NCBI GenBank assembly: GCA_963664395.2
Contig: OY761159.2
Location: forward strand, 2,880,001-2,944,000
Origin: Candidatus Binatia bacterium
GTDB taxonomy: Bacteria; Desulfobacterota; Binatia; Bin18
Length of the DNA: 64,000 nucleotides
Direction of reading: 5' to 3'
The position numbers and the translations under genes were made by a program. Position 1 is the first letter of the stretch. Each line of letters opens with the position of its first letter. Shown here one piece after another: positions 30,905 through 40,373 of the stretch. Below the pieces are notes generated by a model. It was not told the DNA's origin. It ran no database searches and saw only the letters and a list, made by a program, of their open reading frames with translations.

Positions 30905-31596
30905 TGGAAACGACTATTCCTTCGGAGAGCCAGCGCGCTCAGGAGCTTGCTCAGGAATATCGCAGCAAAGGCTACGAGGTCATACCGGCGCCTTCGCCCG
31001 AACAACTGCCTGATTTTTTGGGTGAGTACCGGCCTGATTTGCTCGTCAGAAAAGGCTCTGAGTCCATCGTTGTAGAGGTGAAGACTCGTTCGTCTCTTGC
31101 AGAAAATCCGCGACTTAGAGATCTGGCCCGCGTACTGTACGCCAAGCCGGGTTGGAAGTTCGAGTTGGTCATGGTGCGCGAAAAAGAGAAACTAAATGCG
31201 CCAGAAGGTGCACGTCCCTTTGCCAGAGAGGATGTCTCTGGCAGGCTTGAGACAGTAGAAGGGCTTCTTGAAACAGGCTCGCCCGAGGCTGCCTTTCTGC
31301 TCGGGTGGGGAGCACTAGAGGCCACAGTTCGTCTGCTTGCGGAAGAGGAGCAACTGACGCTTGAGCGTATTTCACCTTCGTATCTGCTCCATCAGGCAGT
31401 AACAAATGGCGTCATCTCCAGAGAAGACTACGCCCTGCTCCTGCGTGCCATGAAATATCGGAACGCTCTGGCGCATGGGTTCAAAATCGCGGATTTTGAT
31501 GCGGCTCTTGTGAGAGATATCATCAACACGACTAGACATCTTTTGGCAGAAACAAGCGGAGCGCCGCCCGAAGGGGCTGAGTCGTCCAGTCCCTGA
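30904..31596 (+). CDS. PD-(D/E)xK nuclease (AHJR-like) fused to a HEPN domain
   Basis: Y..KGYEV, RPDLLVRK..VVEVK, then GALEATVR and RNALAH (Rx4H); TAATG coupling to rusA. Confidence 0.75.
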   Translation: METTIPSESQRAQELAQEYRSKGYEVIPAPSPEQLPDFLGEYRPDLLVRKGSESIVVEVKTRSSLAENPRLRDLARVLYAKPGWKFELVMVREKEKLNAPEGARPFAREDVSGRLETVEGLLETGSPEAAFLLGWGALEATVRLLAEEEQLTLERISPSYLLHQAVTNGVISREDYALLLRAMKYRNALAHGFKIADFDAALVRDIINTTRHLLAETSGAPPEGAESSSP

Positions 31597-31602
31597 CAAG
31601 CC

Positions 31603-31633
31603 GTAGGTCGGATTAGCGGAGCGTAACCCGACA
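31603..31633 (+). repeat. GTAG-type REP
   Basis: GTAGGTCGGATTAGCGGAGCGTAACCCGACA; an inverted copy with one mismatch lies at 60213-60243. Confidence 0.85.
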
Positions 31634-31692
31634 GCGTTCCTGATTGCGACGGCCGCAAAAATTTCTCCCTCTGACTTCTCATGCGATATTGG

Positions 31693-31728
31693 TTGAAGGC
31701 AGGAGCAGAAGAGGTATAATTTTTATAC
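31693..31728 (+). promoter_or_regulatory. Sigma70 promoter with overlapping palindromic operator for brnTA
   Basis: TTGAAG-N16-TATAAT; inverted repeat GTATAA-TTT-TTATAC at 31714-31728. Confidence 0.65.
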
Positions 31729-31732
31729 TCCT

Positions 31733-31999
31733 ATGCGGTTTGAATTTGATCCCAGGAAAAGCAAGAAAAATAAAGAAAAGCACGGGATTGATTTCGTCGA
31801 AGCCCAAAAACTATAGGAAGATGAAGAGCGGTTGGAAATCGAAGCACGTAGTGACGACGAACCTCGCCTCGCTTTGATTGCCATGGCCGAAGGAAAGCTA
31901 TGATCAGCTTTTTTTACGTATCGGGGAGAGCAATGTGTCCGGCTTATCTCTGTCCGACGGGCGAGAGAGAAAGAAGAGCAATTGTATTATGAAGGCTAA
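31733..31999 (+). pseudogene. brnT: BrnT-family toxin with two in-frame stops
   Basis: Manual translation MRFEFDPRKSKKNKEKHGIDFVEAQKL*EDE..EGKL*SAFFTYRG..RLISVRRAR; TAG at 31814 and TGA at 31901. Confidence 0.88.
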
Positions 32000-32249
32000 A
32001 GAATTAGATCGATTGTTTGACAAGGGTGAAGATATCACCCCCTACCTTGATCTGATGAAAGCTCGCAGACCAGGACATGAGCAGCGGCGGGTGAATGTCG
32101 ATTTCCCGAACTGGATGATTGACTCACTGGACCGACAAGCGAGTCGTTTAGGCGTGACTCGACAATCTGTCATTAAGACGTGGATTGCTGAACGCCTGGA
32201 GAAGGAAGGAAAGGGGTGGGTGAAAAAACGGTCGTCCCAAGCGAAGTGA
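31989..32249 (+). CDS. BrnA/CopG-like antitoxin
   Basis: MKAKELDRLFDKGEDI..RVNVDFPNWMIDSLD..LGVTRQSVIKTWIAERL (ribbon-helix-helix). Confidence 0.88.
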   Translation: MKAKELDRLFDKGEDITPYLDLMKARRPGHEQRRVNVDFPNWMIDSLDRQASRLGVTRQSVIKTWIAERLEKEGKGWVKKRSSQAK

Positions 32250-32331
32250 AGGAGGCATATTTTTCAGCTCCACCGCCCCTCGAAAAGACTGCGCGTTCAG
32301 GCTCTTGTAAAAAAGGGCGGTAGAGACAGGG

Positions 32332-33540
32332 CTAAAACGCCTGCTTCAACGCCTCCAGTAATTCCTTGAGATTCTTGCATCCCAATACGGCATCGCACAT
32401 CGGCGTATAGCGACTCATAACGCTATCGCCGGTATCCCAGCGCTCATCTGGTTCCGGATTGAGCCAGATGAGTTTCTTTGTACTGTCGCGGAGTTGAGTC
32501 AATAGATCAGGCCGGGGAGGGCGACGGTTGTTGCGGGCGTCACCCAGGATGAGGACGATAGTGTTTCGGGTGAGGGCGCGTTCGCCTTCAGTCTGCCAAA
32601 AGTTTTGGAGCACCTGGCCAAAGTCCGAGCGCGCATAGAGATCAAGATCGTCATGCGGGACGACATAGCCCTGTTCAAAAGAGACTTCACACAGGCGATC
32701 GACATAGGCGAAGGTGCGGACATGCCGAAAGTAGGCACGTGCCGGAGCGAGCAGAGCGAGCAGAAAGTCGCTTGCAGTTGAGACTGATCCCGACAGATCA
32801 CACAAGGCCAGCAGGTCGGGCTTGCCGGGCCGCCGGCCCTTCAGCAGCAAATTGATGGGAGCGCCGCCGTGTGAAATTGACGCTCGAATTGTTCGACGGA
32901 AGTCGAGCCGCCCGCGTTTTGTCCTTCGATACCGGCGGCTGAGATGGCCCTGGAAGCGTCGCGCTAAGTCTTCTAGCACTTCTTTGGTTTCTTCAACATC
33001 CCGCGAGTCGAATAGACTCAGAGATTTATGTACAAGTGCCTTTCGTTTGGCGAGTCGGGCTTTCTCTTGTTTGTGCGTTTCGTCTTCTTCCGGGTTCTGG
33101 CCTGTTTCTGTTGCAGGCCGGAGGGACTGGGCTTTCTGTTTTTTCTTGTCTTTCTTCTCTTCTGACTCAGGTTCTTGCGCTTGTAGCCCCTGCGATGAGA
33201 CAGACTTCTTCTCAGACTTATTGGACGGGTGTTCACGTGGTCGAGCGGACTCACTCTGCGCTGTTTGTGTCGTTCGCCGGCCTACTCCCTCGCCGGAGTG
33301 CGGGTGCGGCTTTTTCTTGGCTCGGCGGTGAGACCCGGCAAAGAATCGGTTAAAGACTTCATCAAAGGCGAAACGGTCTTCTTCGTCTTTCACGACACAG
33401 GCTGCTAACGCTTCGCGCAGGACCTCTCGCTCAACCCCCGCCGCCGCAACCGCTTGTACGGCATCCATGCTCTCGCTCAATGAGATTCGTAGCCCGGCAG
33501 TCCGGAGTTCATTAATAAAGTTGAGCGTGACAGAACGCAT
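32332..33540 (-). CDS. CoxE-like vWA domain protein
   Basis: FINELRTAG, LDFRRTIRAS, CDLSGS, LGDARNN, WLNPEP..WDTGDS. Confidence 0.9.
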   Translation of the reverse strand: MRSVTLNFINELRTAGLRISLSESMDAVQAVAAAGVEREVLREALAACVVKDEEDRFAFDEVFNRFFAGSHRRAKKKPHPHSGEGVGRRTTQTAQSESARPREHPSNKSEKKSVSSQGLQAQEPESEEKKDKKKQKAQSLRPATETGQNPEEDETHKQEKARLAKRKALVHKSLSLFDSRDVEETKEVLEDLARRFQGHLSRRYRRTKRGRLDFRRTIRASISHGGAPINLLLKGRRPGKPDLLALCDLSGSVSTASDFLLALLAPARAYFRHVRTFAYVDRLCEVSFEQGYVVPHDDLDLYARSDFGQVLQNFWQTEGERALTRNTIVLILGDARNNRRPPRPDLLTQLRDSTKKLIWLNPEPDERWDTGDSVMSRYTPMCDAVLGCKNLKELLEALKQAF

Positions 33541-33627
33541 GCAGAGGGGGGGTGGGTACTGGGGGTTGGGGCGTAGGAAGCGGACGGAGTGCTTTCTTAG
33601 AGCGAACCCCCAGCCCCTAATCCCTTC

Positions 33628-34404
33628 CTACACCTGCGGCCGGCGCTGTTCGCGGTAGATGCGCATGGCCTCGGCAAAGTCCTTTTCCTCAAGTGCGGCG
33701 GCGCGAGCCCGGGATATTTCTGCCGGCCAAGCGTCCTGGTCCATCGTCCAGGACTGATGCAGGAGATGCTTGGCGACCGCTGCGGCCCGACCCCCGACTT
33801 TCTGGCAGCGTTCGACAAGCCGCCCTGTTTCTTCTTTCAGATTTGCGGCTTCAACGACTTTGGTCAGCAGCCCCCACTGCTCGGCTTGTGAGGCGTCAAA
33901 GCGTTCACCCAAAATGAGAATTTCCTTGGCCTTGGCCAGGCCGACGAGTTGGGCGAGTTTATAGCTCTGGCTGGCATCGGGCGGCGCGCCGTAGAGGACC
34001 TGGGGTAAAGAGAAGAACGCCGTCTCCGCGGCAATGCGAAAATCGCACGCCAAGACCAACTCGCACCCGGCCCCAAGACACGCGCCCTGGATTGATGCAA
34101 TCGTCAGCGCATTGAGGTGTTCGAGCGTATCCAAGGCGCGTTGCCAGGGGGCCCAGGTGGCATCAATGGCCGCATTCGTTGAAGGTCGCATGGCCGCGGC
34201 CTTGAGGTCCATGCCGGAACAAAACGCCCGGCCCTCGCCTTGCAACACCACCACGTGGAGGTCTGCATCTGCGTCAAGTGTTTGACACGCCGCTTCGAGG
34301 TCGGTCGTGAGTTGGTCGTTTACCGCGTTTAAGGACGCTGAACGGTCAAGTGTCAGAAAAGCCACATCGTCCCTTTTTTCAATAGAGAGGGTATCCCATT
34401 CCAT
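33628..34404 (-). CDS. Enoyl-CoA hydratase/isomerase family protein
   Basis: AFCSGMDL and CLGAGCELVLACDFRIA; the start is placed at MEWDTL, which has a GGAGG RBS. Confidence 0.9.
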   Translation of the reverse strand: MEWDTLSIEKRDDVAFLTLDRSASLNAVNDQLTTDLEAACQTLDADADLHVVVLQGEGRAFCSGMDLKAAAMRPSTNAAIDATWAPWQRALDTLEHLNALTIASIQGACLGAGCELVLACDFRIAAETAFFSLPQVLYGAPPDASQSYKLAQLVGLAKAKEILILGERFDASQAEQWGLLTKVVEAANLKEETGRLVERCQKVGGRAAAVAKHLLHQSWTMDQDAWPAEISRARAAALEEKDFAEAMRIYREQRRPQV

Positions 34405-34526
34405 GCTTTCCTCCACGCTGCACGGTCTCCGCGCTTTTTCTTCTTTCTCCCGTAGCATACCAAGCTCCACTGACTTTGCCAGCATCTTCAGGTATATAGA
34501 CCGCTCAAGGAGAAAGAATCGCACCC

Positions 34527-35519
34527 ATGGGAAAACACACACTGGATCAACTGCTCGAAAAAATGTCATCCGGAGATACCCGCGCGCTGGCGCGCCTGAT
34601 GACGCTGGTGGAACGAGAAGGCGATGTGGTTGGACGGATTTTAGAGTCCATTGGGCCGAGGCAGGGCACTGCCTTCACGCTTGGTATTACCGGCCCTCCA
34701 GGAGCTGGAAAGTCGAGCCTGGTTGACGGCCTGACTACGCTGATGCGCCAGACTGGGAAAACAGTTGGTATTGTCGCAATTGACCCGTCGAGTCCCTTCA
34801 CTGGTGGGGCGCTCCTTGGCGATCGGATTCGGATGACCAAGCACTACCTCGATACCGGCGTCTTCATTCGGAGCATGGCCACGCGCGGCAGTCACGGCGG
34901 ACTGGCGCGGGCAACAAAAGATGTCATTAAACTCATGGATGCGGCGGGCCATGATTATATTCTTGTTGAGACGGTCGGCGTCGGGCAGACGGAATTGGAT
35001 GTCATGGGAACGACCGACACTGTGCTTGTGACCCTCGTTCCGGAAGCTGGCGATGGAGTCCAGGTCATGAAAGCCGGACTCATGGAGATTGCGGACCTCT
35101 TTGTCGTCAATAAGGCTGACCGAGACGGCGCGCAGCGGATGATGACCGAATTAAGCCTGATGCTGGAGCTGAAATACAGTAGTCGCCCGGCAGACGGGAC
35201 AACACAGTCGCACTGGCGCATTCCCGTGCTGGCGACGCAGGCGATTAATGGGACCGGTCTACCGGAGCTATTCCAAGCCATTCAGGAGCATCATCAGTCA
35301 TCAATTGCATCAGGAGAGATTGAGCGCCGCCGCTCAGAGCGTCGTCGGGAAGAACTCATTTCACGAGTTGAATATGAAGTGCGCAAACGCTTAACTGCCA
35401 GGGCCCGGACCGACCCCGAGTTGTCCCGCTATTTTGATGCAGTCGGCGCAGGTGAGCTCGACCCCCATTCTGCGTCAAATAAGATCCTGGAAAGTTCAGC
35501 CCTCAGAGAGAATATATAG
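34527..35519 (+). CDS. meaB: Methylmalonyl-CoA mutase-associated GTPase
   Basis: GPPGAGKS, DPSSPFTGGALLGDRIRM, ETVGVGQ, NKAD. Confidence 0.95.
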   Translation: MGKHTLDQLLEKMSSGDTRALARLMTLVEREGDVVGRILESIGPRQGTAFTLGITGPPGAGKSSLVDGLTTLMRQTGKTVGIVAIDPSSPFTGGALLGDRIRMTKHYLDTGVFIRSMATRGSHGGLARATKDVIKLMDAAGHDYILVETVGVGQTELDVMGTTDTVLVTLVPEAGDGVQVMKAGLMEIADLFVVNKADRDGAQRMMTELSLMLELKYSSRPADGTTQSHWRIPVLATQAINGTGLPELFQAIQEHHQSSIASGEIERRRSERRREELISRVEYEVRKRLTARARTDPELSRYFDAVGAGELDPHSASNKILESSALRENI

Positions 35520-35545
35520 AACGACGACAGCACACAGGAGGCAGT

Positions 35546-36640
35546 ATGAAAGCCGCAGTACTATACGAACTCAAAAATCCACTCCAAGTCGAAGATGTTG
35601 ATCTCGACAATCCCAAATCAAAAGAAGTACGAGTCAAGATTGCTGCTAATGGCGTGTGTCATAGCGACTATTCCATTATCCATGGCGTGATCCGCTCCCC
35701 GCTGCCTGTTGTCCCAGGTCATGAAGGCGCCGGTATTGTTGAAGAAGTCGGGCCGGACGTGACTATGGTGAAGCCCGGTGACCATGTTGTCCTGTCTTTC
35801 GCTCCCTACTGTGGACACTGCTATTACTGCGCGCAGGGCAGCCCGGTATTATGCGTGAATATGCGGACGATCATGGGCAAAGGCACGCTCCTTGACGGCA
35901 CTTGTCGGCTGAGTAAAAACGGGCAGAAGATCCATCATGCCGCCGGCCTGTCGAGCTATGCGGAATACGCGGTTGTGTCTGAAATCGCCTGTGTCAAGAT
36001 TCCGGATACTGTGCCCCTCGATAAAGCCTGTCTGGTCGGCTGTGGGGTCATGACCGGGGTTGGGGCAGCCATCAACACCGCTGCGGTCAGACCCGGCACG
36101 AGTGCCGTGGTCATCGGCTGTGGGGGGGTAGGGTTGAACGTGATTCAGGGCTGTAGGCTGGCCGGGGCGAGCGTTATCATCGCGGTTGACCTGATGGACA
36201 ATAAGCTCGAATACGCCAAAGAGTTTGGCGCGACCCACACCGTGAATCCGTCCCGAGACAATCTCACCAAGATCGTGCGAGACCTGACTGATGGGCGTGG
36301 CTCGGATTACGCTTTTGAGGTGATCGGCCTAGGTAAAACCATTGAACAAGCCTATGCCTGCACCCGGCAGGGTGGCAGCACGATTGTTGTGGGCGCCCCG
36401 GCGCGTGAAGAGATGGTGACTATTCCCGCGTTCAGCCTGCTCAACGAGAAGAAGATTCAGGGCTCAGTCTACGGCTCCTCCCGCCCGCACGTCGACATGC
36501 CGCGCTTGATTGAGCTGTATATGAACAACAAGCTCAAACTCGATGAACTGGTGACGCGGACCTACTCTCTGGATGAAGTAAATGATGCCCTGACCGCACT
36601 GGAGAAAGGCGAAGTCGCCCGGAGTGTGGTCGTGATGTAA
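35546..36640 (+). CDS. Zn-dependent alcohol dehydrogenase (class III-like)
   Basis: VCHSD, GHEGAG, GCGVMTGVGAA, GCGGVG. Confidence 0.92.
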   Translation: MKAAVLYELKNPLQVEDVDLDNPKSKEVRVKIAANGVCHSDYSIIHGVIRSPLPVVPGHEGAGIVEEVGPDVTMVKPGDHVVLSFAPYCGHCYYCAQGSPVLCVNMRTIMGKGTLLDGTCRLSKNGQKIHHAAGLSSYAEYAVVSEIACVKIPDTVPLDKACLVGCGVMTGVGAAINTAAVRPGTSAVVIGCGGVGLNVIQGCRLAGASVIIAVDLMDNKLEYAKEFGATHTVNPSRDNLTKIVRDLTDGRGSDYAFEVIGLGKTIEQAYACTRQGGSTIVVGAPAREEMVTIPAFSLLNEKKIQGSVYGSSRPHVDMPRLIELYMNNKLKLDELVTRTYSLDEVNDALTALEKGEVARSVVVM

Positions 36641-36706
36641 AAGCGGCCTGAAGGAAGAGAATCGCTCTCCTTGAGCTTGCCGGTTCAGGGCCTGAGCACC
36701 GAGCCC

Positions 36707-37636
36707 TCAGCCGCGCGGATGATACTTCCGATGCACCTCGCGTAAGCGCGCGCTCGCCACGTGGGTATAGATTTGTGTCGTGGCAATATCAACGTGGCCC
36801 AGCATTTCCTGCACAGCGCGCAGATCCGCGCCACCCTCCAGCAGATGCGTCGCAAAGGCGTGTCGGAAGGAATGGGGATAGAGTGGACTCCCCTCAGGAC
36901 TTTGCTTGGCGTACCGTTTGGTAATACACCAGAATGCTTGACGGGTCATCGGCTTCCCGGAGCGAGTCAGGAAAATATAGTCGCTGCTGCGGTGCTTCAG
37001 CAGGACCGGGCGGACGGTGTCGAGATAGCGCTGGAGCTGCGAGAGTGCACGAGTCCCGAGTGGGACCAGGCGTTCTCTATTGCCCTTGCCCCGTACCCGG
37101 ACGAAGCCCGCTTCCCGATTGACCTGAGAGACTGTCAGCTGTACCAGTTCGGAGACGCGCAGGCCGGTCGCGTACAAAACTTCGAGCATAGTCTGGTTGC
37201 GCATGCCGAGCGGGGTAGCTGCGTCTGGCACCGAGAGCAGTGCGTTCACCTGTTCCTGGGAAGGGACGTGGGGCAGTGGACGACCAAACTTGGGCAGATG
37301 GAGCAGCGCGGTTGGATTTTTCCCCGACAGTTCGTTTTCCCGTTGGAGAAAACGGTACAACCCTCGAAGCGCGGTTAAGACGCGGGATTGGGTGCGGGTT
37401 GATATTCCCTGCTTGTGCAGGACGCTGAGAAAGCCGACGACATGGCGCGAACCGGCTTGTCTGATATCCGAGATATCCTGGGTCGATAGATATTGGTAGA
37501 ATCGATGCAGGTCGTGGCTGTAGACCTCTGCCGTGCGCGGCGTTAATCCCTTTTCCACTGTGAGATGCACCAGAAAGGTATCAAGAAGGGCGTCGCTCTG
37601 CGCACTCCTCTGGTCAGCAGTGGCGGGCTGAGTCAT
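36707..37636 (-). CDS. xerD: Tyrosine recombinase XerD
   Basis: YATGLRVSEL, GKGNRERLVP, HSFRHAFATH, LGH..TTQIYTHV. Confidence 0.92.
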   Translation of the reverse strand: MTQPATADQRSAQSDALLDTFLVHLTVEKGLTPRTAEVYSHDLHRFYQYLSTQDISDIRQAGSRHVVGFLSVLHKQGISTRTQSRVLTALRGLYRFLQRENELSGKNPTALLHLPKFGRPLPHVPSQEQVNALLSVPDAATPLGMRNQTMLEVLYATGLRVSELVQLTVSQVNREAGFVRVRGKGNRERLVPLGTRALSQLQRYLDTVRPVLLKHRSSDYIFLTRSGKPMTRQAFWCITKRYAKQSPEGSPLYPHSFRHAFATHLLEGGADLRAVQEMLGHVDIATTQIYTHVASARLREVHRKYHPRG

Positions 37637-40344
37637 GCAGCCTCCTCATGGCTATGCAGACGCCCTTGCAGCACTTCCATCACATGGTCGGGATTGCCAA
37701 CTTTTGCGCCTGTCATATCAGTAACGTAGAAGACATCCAGGACCTGATCGACATTCGTTGTGATCTTCGCCAGGTGGATTACGAGACCGAGTTGGAACAG
37801 GGTGTGTGTAATATCGAATAATAACCCTATCCGGTCCAGCGCCGTGATGTCGATCAAGGTGGACGTTGGTGAAGTGGTGTTATCAATAGTAATCTCTGTC
37901 CGGAGACGAGGACGGGCGCGTTGAAGAAACGCCGGCGGCTTGGCCGCTTGCAGCAGGTCCTCAACCGTTCGCTCACCTCGCAACACTGCGCTCAGCCGCG
38001 TATAAAATCGGGCCCAGGTCTCCTCTGAAAGCATCATTTCTTGACGGTCCAGGTGCGATAGACGAAAGACATCCAGTGCAATGCCCTGTTGGCTGGTGGC
38101 AATGCGTGCGCCGGAAGTACTGAGGCCACTTGCGGCGAGTACACCGGCGAGCATGGAAAAGAGCCCCGGTCGATCACGGGTGACCAGTGTCAGCTCACTA
38201 TACTCCTGCTCTGGAAAGTGGCTCAGGCTGACGCGGTAGGGGTTGTCTTCAGGCCCGGCCTGGACAAAACGGCTCATGAGTTGAAAATGCTCTGGGACCG
38301 CATCTTCCGGAGTTGTCAGGAAATACTTATCCGGCATTGTGGTGAGGAAATGGGAGAGCTGTTCGGCTGCGGCCTGTGCGGCCAGGGTTTGTCGAATGCG
38401 TTCTTTCCGACGCTGGAGGCGCGCGCCTTGATCCTCCTCAATAAGCGCTTCCGTTTCCAAGCGCTCCAGCGTGCGTAGATAGAGTTCATTCAGCAGACTC
38501 CCTTTCCAACTATTCCAGACCTTGGGACCAACGGCCTTCATATCGGCAAACGTCAGAAGATAGAGCCTCTTCAAGCAGCCAGGATTCTCTACCGCCCGGG
38601 CGAAATCAGCGATTTGGGCGTCGTCTGAAAGATCGCGGCGCTGGGCGATGTGAGACATAAAGAGATGCTGGCGGACGAGGACTTGCCACTCGTGCGCCTC
38701 ATCTGGAGGCAGGTGCCAACGTGTGACGGCTGCATCCACCATCTCGGCACTCCGGGCGGCGTGCTCGACGCTAAACCCCTTGCCCACATCATGGAAGAGC
38801 ATCGCCAGGAATAAGAGGTCCGCGCGATCAATCTCACGCATGACCTGAGTGAGGAGGGGCAGCTTTTCCTTATACTCGCCGTCGCGTAAGCGTTCGAGTT
38901 CTGCAACGCCATGCAGGGTATGCTCGTCGATGGCATAGATATGATACAGGTCGCGCTGCGTGCGCCAGCGTAAGTGACCGAACTCGGGTAACAGCCATTC
39001 GAGTATACCTACTTCGTGCATCGCTCGCACGGTTGAGGCAACGCGCTGCTTCCAGGATAAGATGGTGAAAAAGGCATCCCGCAGAGCAGGGCGGTTCGCC
39101 GTGCCTGGAGGGAGGGCGGCCACCGCCCTGCGAATCGCCTGCTTGGTCTCACGAGTACACGCGACTCCGTGACGTTGAGCGTCATGGAAGAGGGTGACGA
39201 GATTGAGCGGCTCTTGGGTGAGTATCTCAGGCTTGGTCACGTGGAGGGTCTGTTCAACAATACGGATACCTTTGCGGATGTCCCGGCCGCGCGGGCGGCC
39301 CAAGAAATTAAAAAATCGAGCCGATGTGACGCAGCGCTCAAACATGAATCGGGTAAAATCATGAATGGTCGTGACGTGTTGGTAATACATCCGCATGAAA
39401 TGGGTCGCGTCCGGAAATCCAAAGGCTGGGGCGAGCTGATCTTGATGGGCAAAGGTCAGCTGGTCCCGTTCTGTCCGGTCAAGAAGATGGAGCCCGTTCC
39501 GGACCCGCCACAAGAAATCCTGGGCCGCTTCTACTGTGGCAAGGGCTGATTCCGAGATGACGCCTTTGACGATGAGTTCGCGCCAGTTGGTGAGCTTGAA
39601 TGCGACTTTGGCCAACCACCAAGCGGTATGCAAATCGCGCAACCCGCCACAGCCTTCTTTCAGGTTCGGTTCGAGCAGATACAGAGAATTGCCGTGACGC
39701 TGGTGGCGGACGCGGCTCTCTTTGGTTTTTGCCTGAAAAAACTGCTCGGTCCGTTTCCCCACCAGGTCCCGGTTAATGGTGGCCTGAAACTCCTGGGCCA
39801 GGGACTCTTCGCCACACAGATAGCGACTATCGAGCAGGGACGTTTTAATTTCGAAATCCCGGTTGGCCTGACGAAGACATTCCCGGATATTACGGACAGC
39901 ATGGCCGACCGTCCAGCCGGCGTCCATAAGGCTGTAATAAATAGTTTCCCACACCGTCTCGGCATACGGGGTGATTTTCCAGTGGTAGAGAAAGAGTAAA
40001 TCAATGTCAGAATGCGGACTCAACTCGCCTCGGCCATAGCCACCGAGGGCAAAAACGCTACAGCGCTGGCTGAGGCTGGTATAGCGGCGAGTGTAGAGAC
40101 GAGTTGCGGCTGTAAAGACATACCGCACGAGCTGATCCATAAGCCTGGTGTGAAGCTCGACAACGAATCGTCCGCTCTGACTCTTCGCCTGATGCTGCAT
40201 GAGCAATTCGTAGACCTGGGCGCGATAGGTTTTGGCAATCCGGCCGAGGTCCCAATCGGGCTCAATGTCCACATCCGGGTCTGAGGATGGAAGTGGGGGA
40301 AGCTCAATGAGAAGTGGTGCAGACTGCTGGTGTGCACTGTCCAT
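37633..40344 (-). CDS. glnD: [Protein-PII] uridylyltransferase
   Basis: GGYGRGELSPHSDID, NLKEGCGGLRD, HD domain (FHDVGKG), two ACT domains. Confidence 0.95.
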   Translation of the reverse strand: MDSAHQQSAPLLIELPPLPSSDPDVDIEPDWDLGRIAKTYRAQVYELLMQHQAKSQSGRFVVELHTRLMDQLVRYVFTAATRLYTRRYTSLSQRCSVFALGGYGRGELSPHSDIDLLFLYHWKITPYAETVWETIYYSLMDAGWTVGHAVRNIRECLRQANRDFEIKTSLLDSRYLCGEESLAQEFQATINRDLVGKRTEQFFQAKTKESRVRHQRHGNSLYLLEPNLKEGCGGLRDLHTAWWLAKVAFKLTNWRELIVKGVISESALATVEAAQDFLWRVRNGLHLLDRTERDQLTFAHQDQLAPAFGFPDATHFMRMYYQHVTTIHDFTRFMFERCVTSARFFNFLGRPRGRDIRKGIRIVEQTLHVTKPEILTQEPLNLVTLFHDAQRHGVACTRETKQAIRRAVAALPPGTANRPALRDAFFTILSWKQRVASTVRAMHEVGILEWLLPEFGHLRWRTQRDLYHIYAIDEHTLHGVAELERLRDGEYKEKLPLLTQVMREIDRADLLFLAMLFHDVGKGFSVEHAARSAEMVDAAVTRWHLPPDEAHEWQVLVRQHLFMSHIAQRRDLSDDAQIADFARAVENPGCLKRLYLLTFADMKAVGPKVWNSWKGSLLNELYLRTLERLETEALIEEDQGARLQRRKERIRQTLAAQAAAEQLSHFLTTMPDKYFLTTPEDAVPEHFQLMSRFVQAGPEDNPYRVSLSHFPEQEYSELTLVTRDRPGLFSMLAGVLAASGLSTSGARIATSQQGIALDVFRLSHLDRQEMMLSEETWARFYTRLSAVLRGERTVEDLLQAAKPPAFLQRARPRLRTEITIDNTTSPTSTLIDITALDRIGLLFDITHTLFQLGLVIHLAKITTNVDQVLDVFYVTDMTGAKVGNPDHVMEVLQGRLHSHEEAA

Positions 40345-40373
40345 TTTGCGCTGTCTTTCTTGACGATGCGGGC

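Noticed and set aside
20977-31903. Stop-codon reassignment (alternative code, pyrrolysine or selenocysteine) to explain the in-frame stops
   Set aside because: The internal stops include TAA, TAG and TGA, all three terminate normal genes here, and core genes have no internal stops.
31878-31988. N-terminal extension of the antitoxin given in the ORF track
   Set aside because: It is an alternative frame of the brnT pseudogene; family homology starts at ATG 31989.
36707-37636. Tyrosine recombinase as a phage or integron integrase
   Set aside because: It has XerD-type motifs, overlaps glnD in a housekeeping operon, and has no att sites or cargo nearby.
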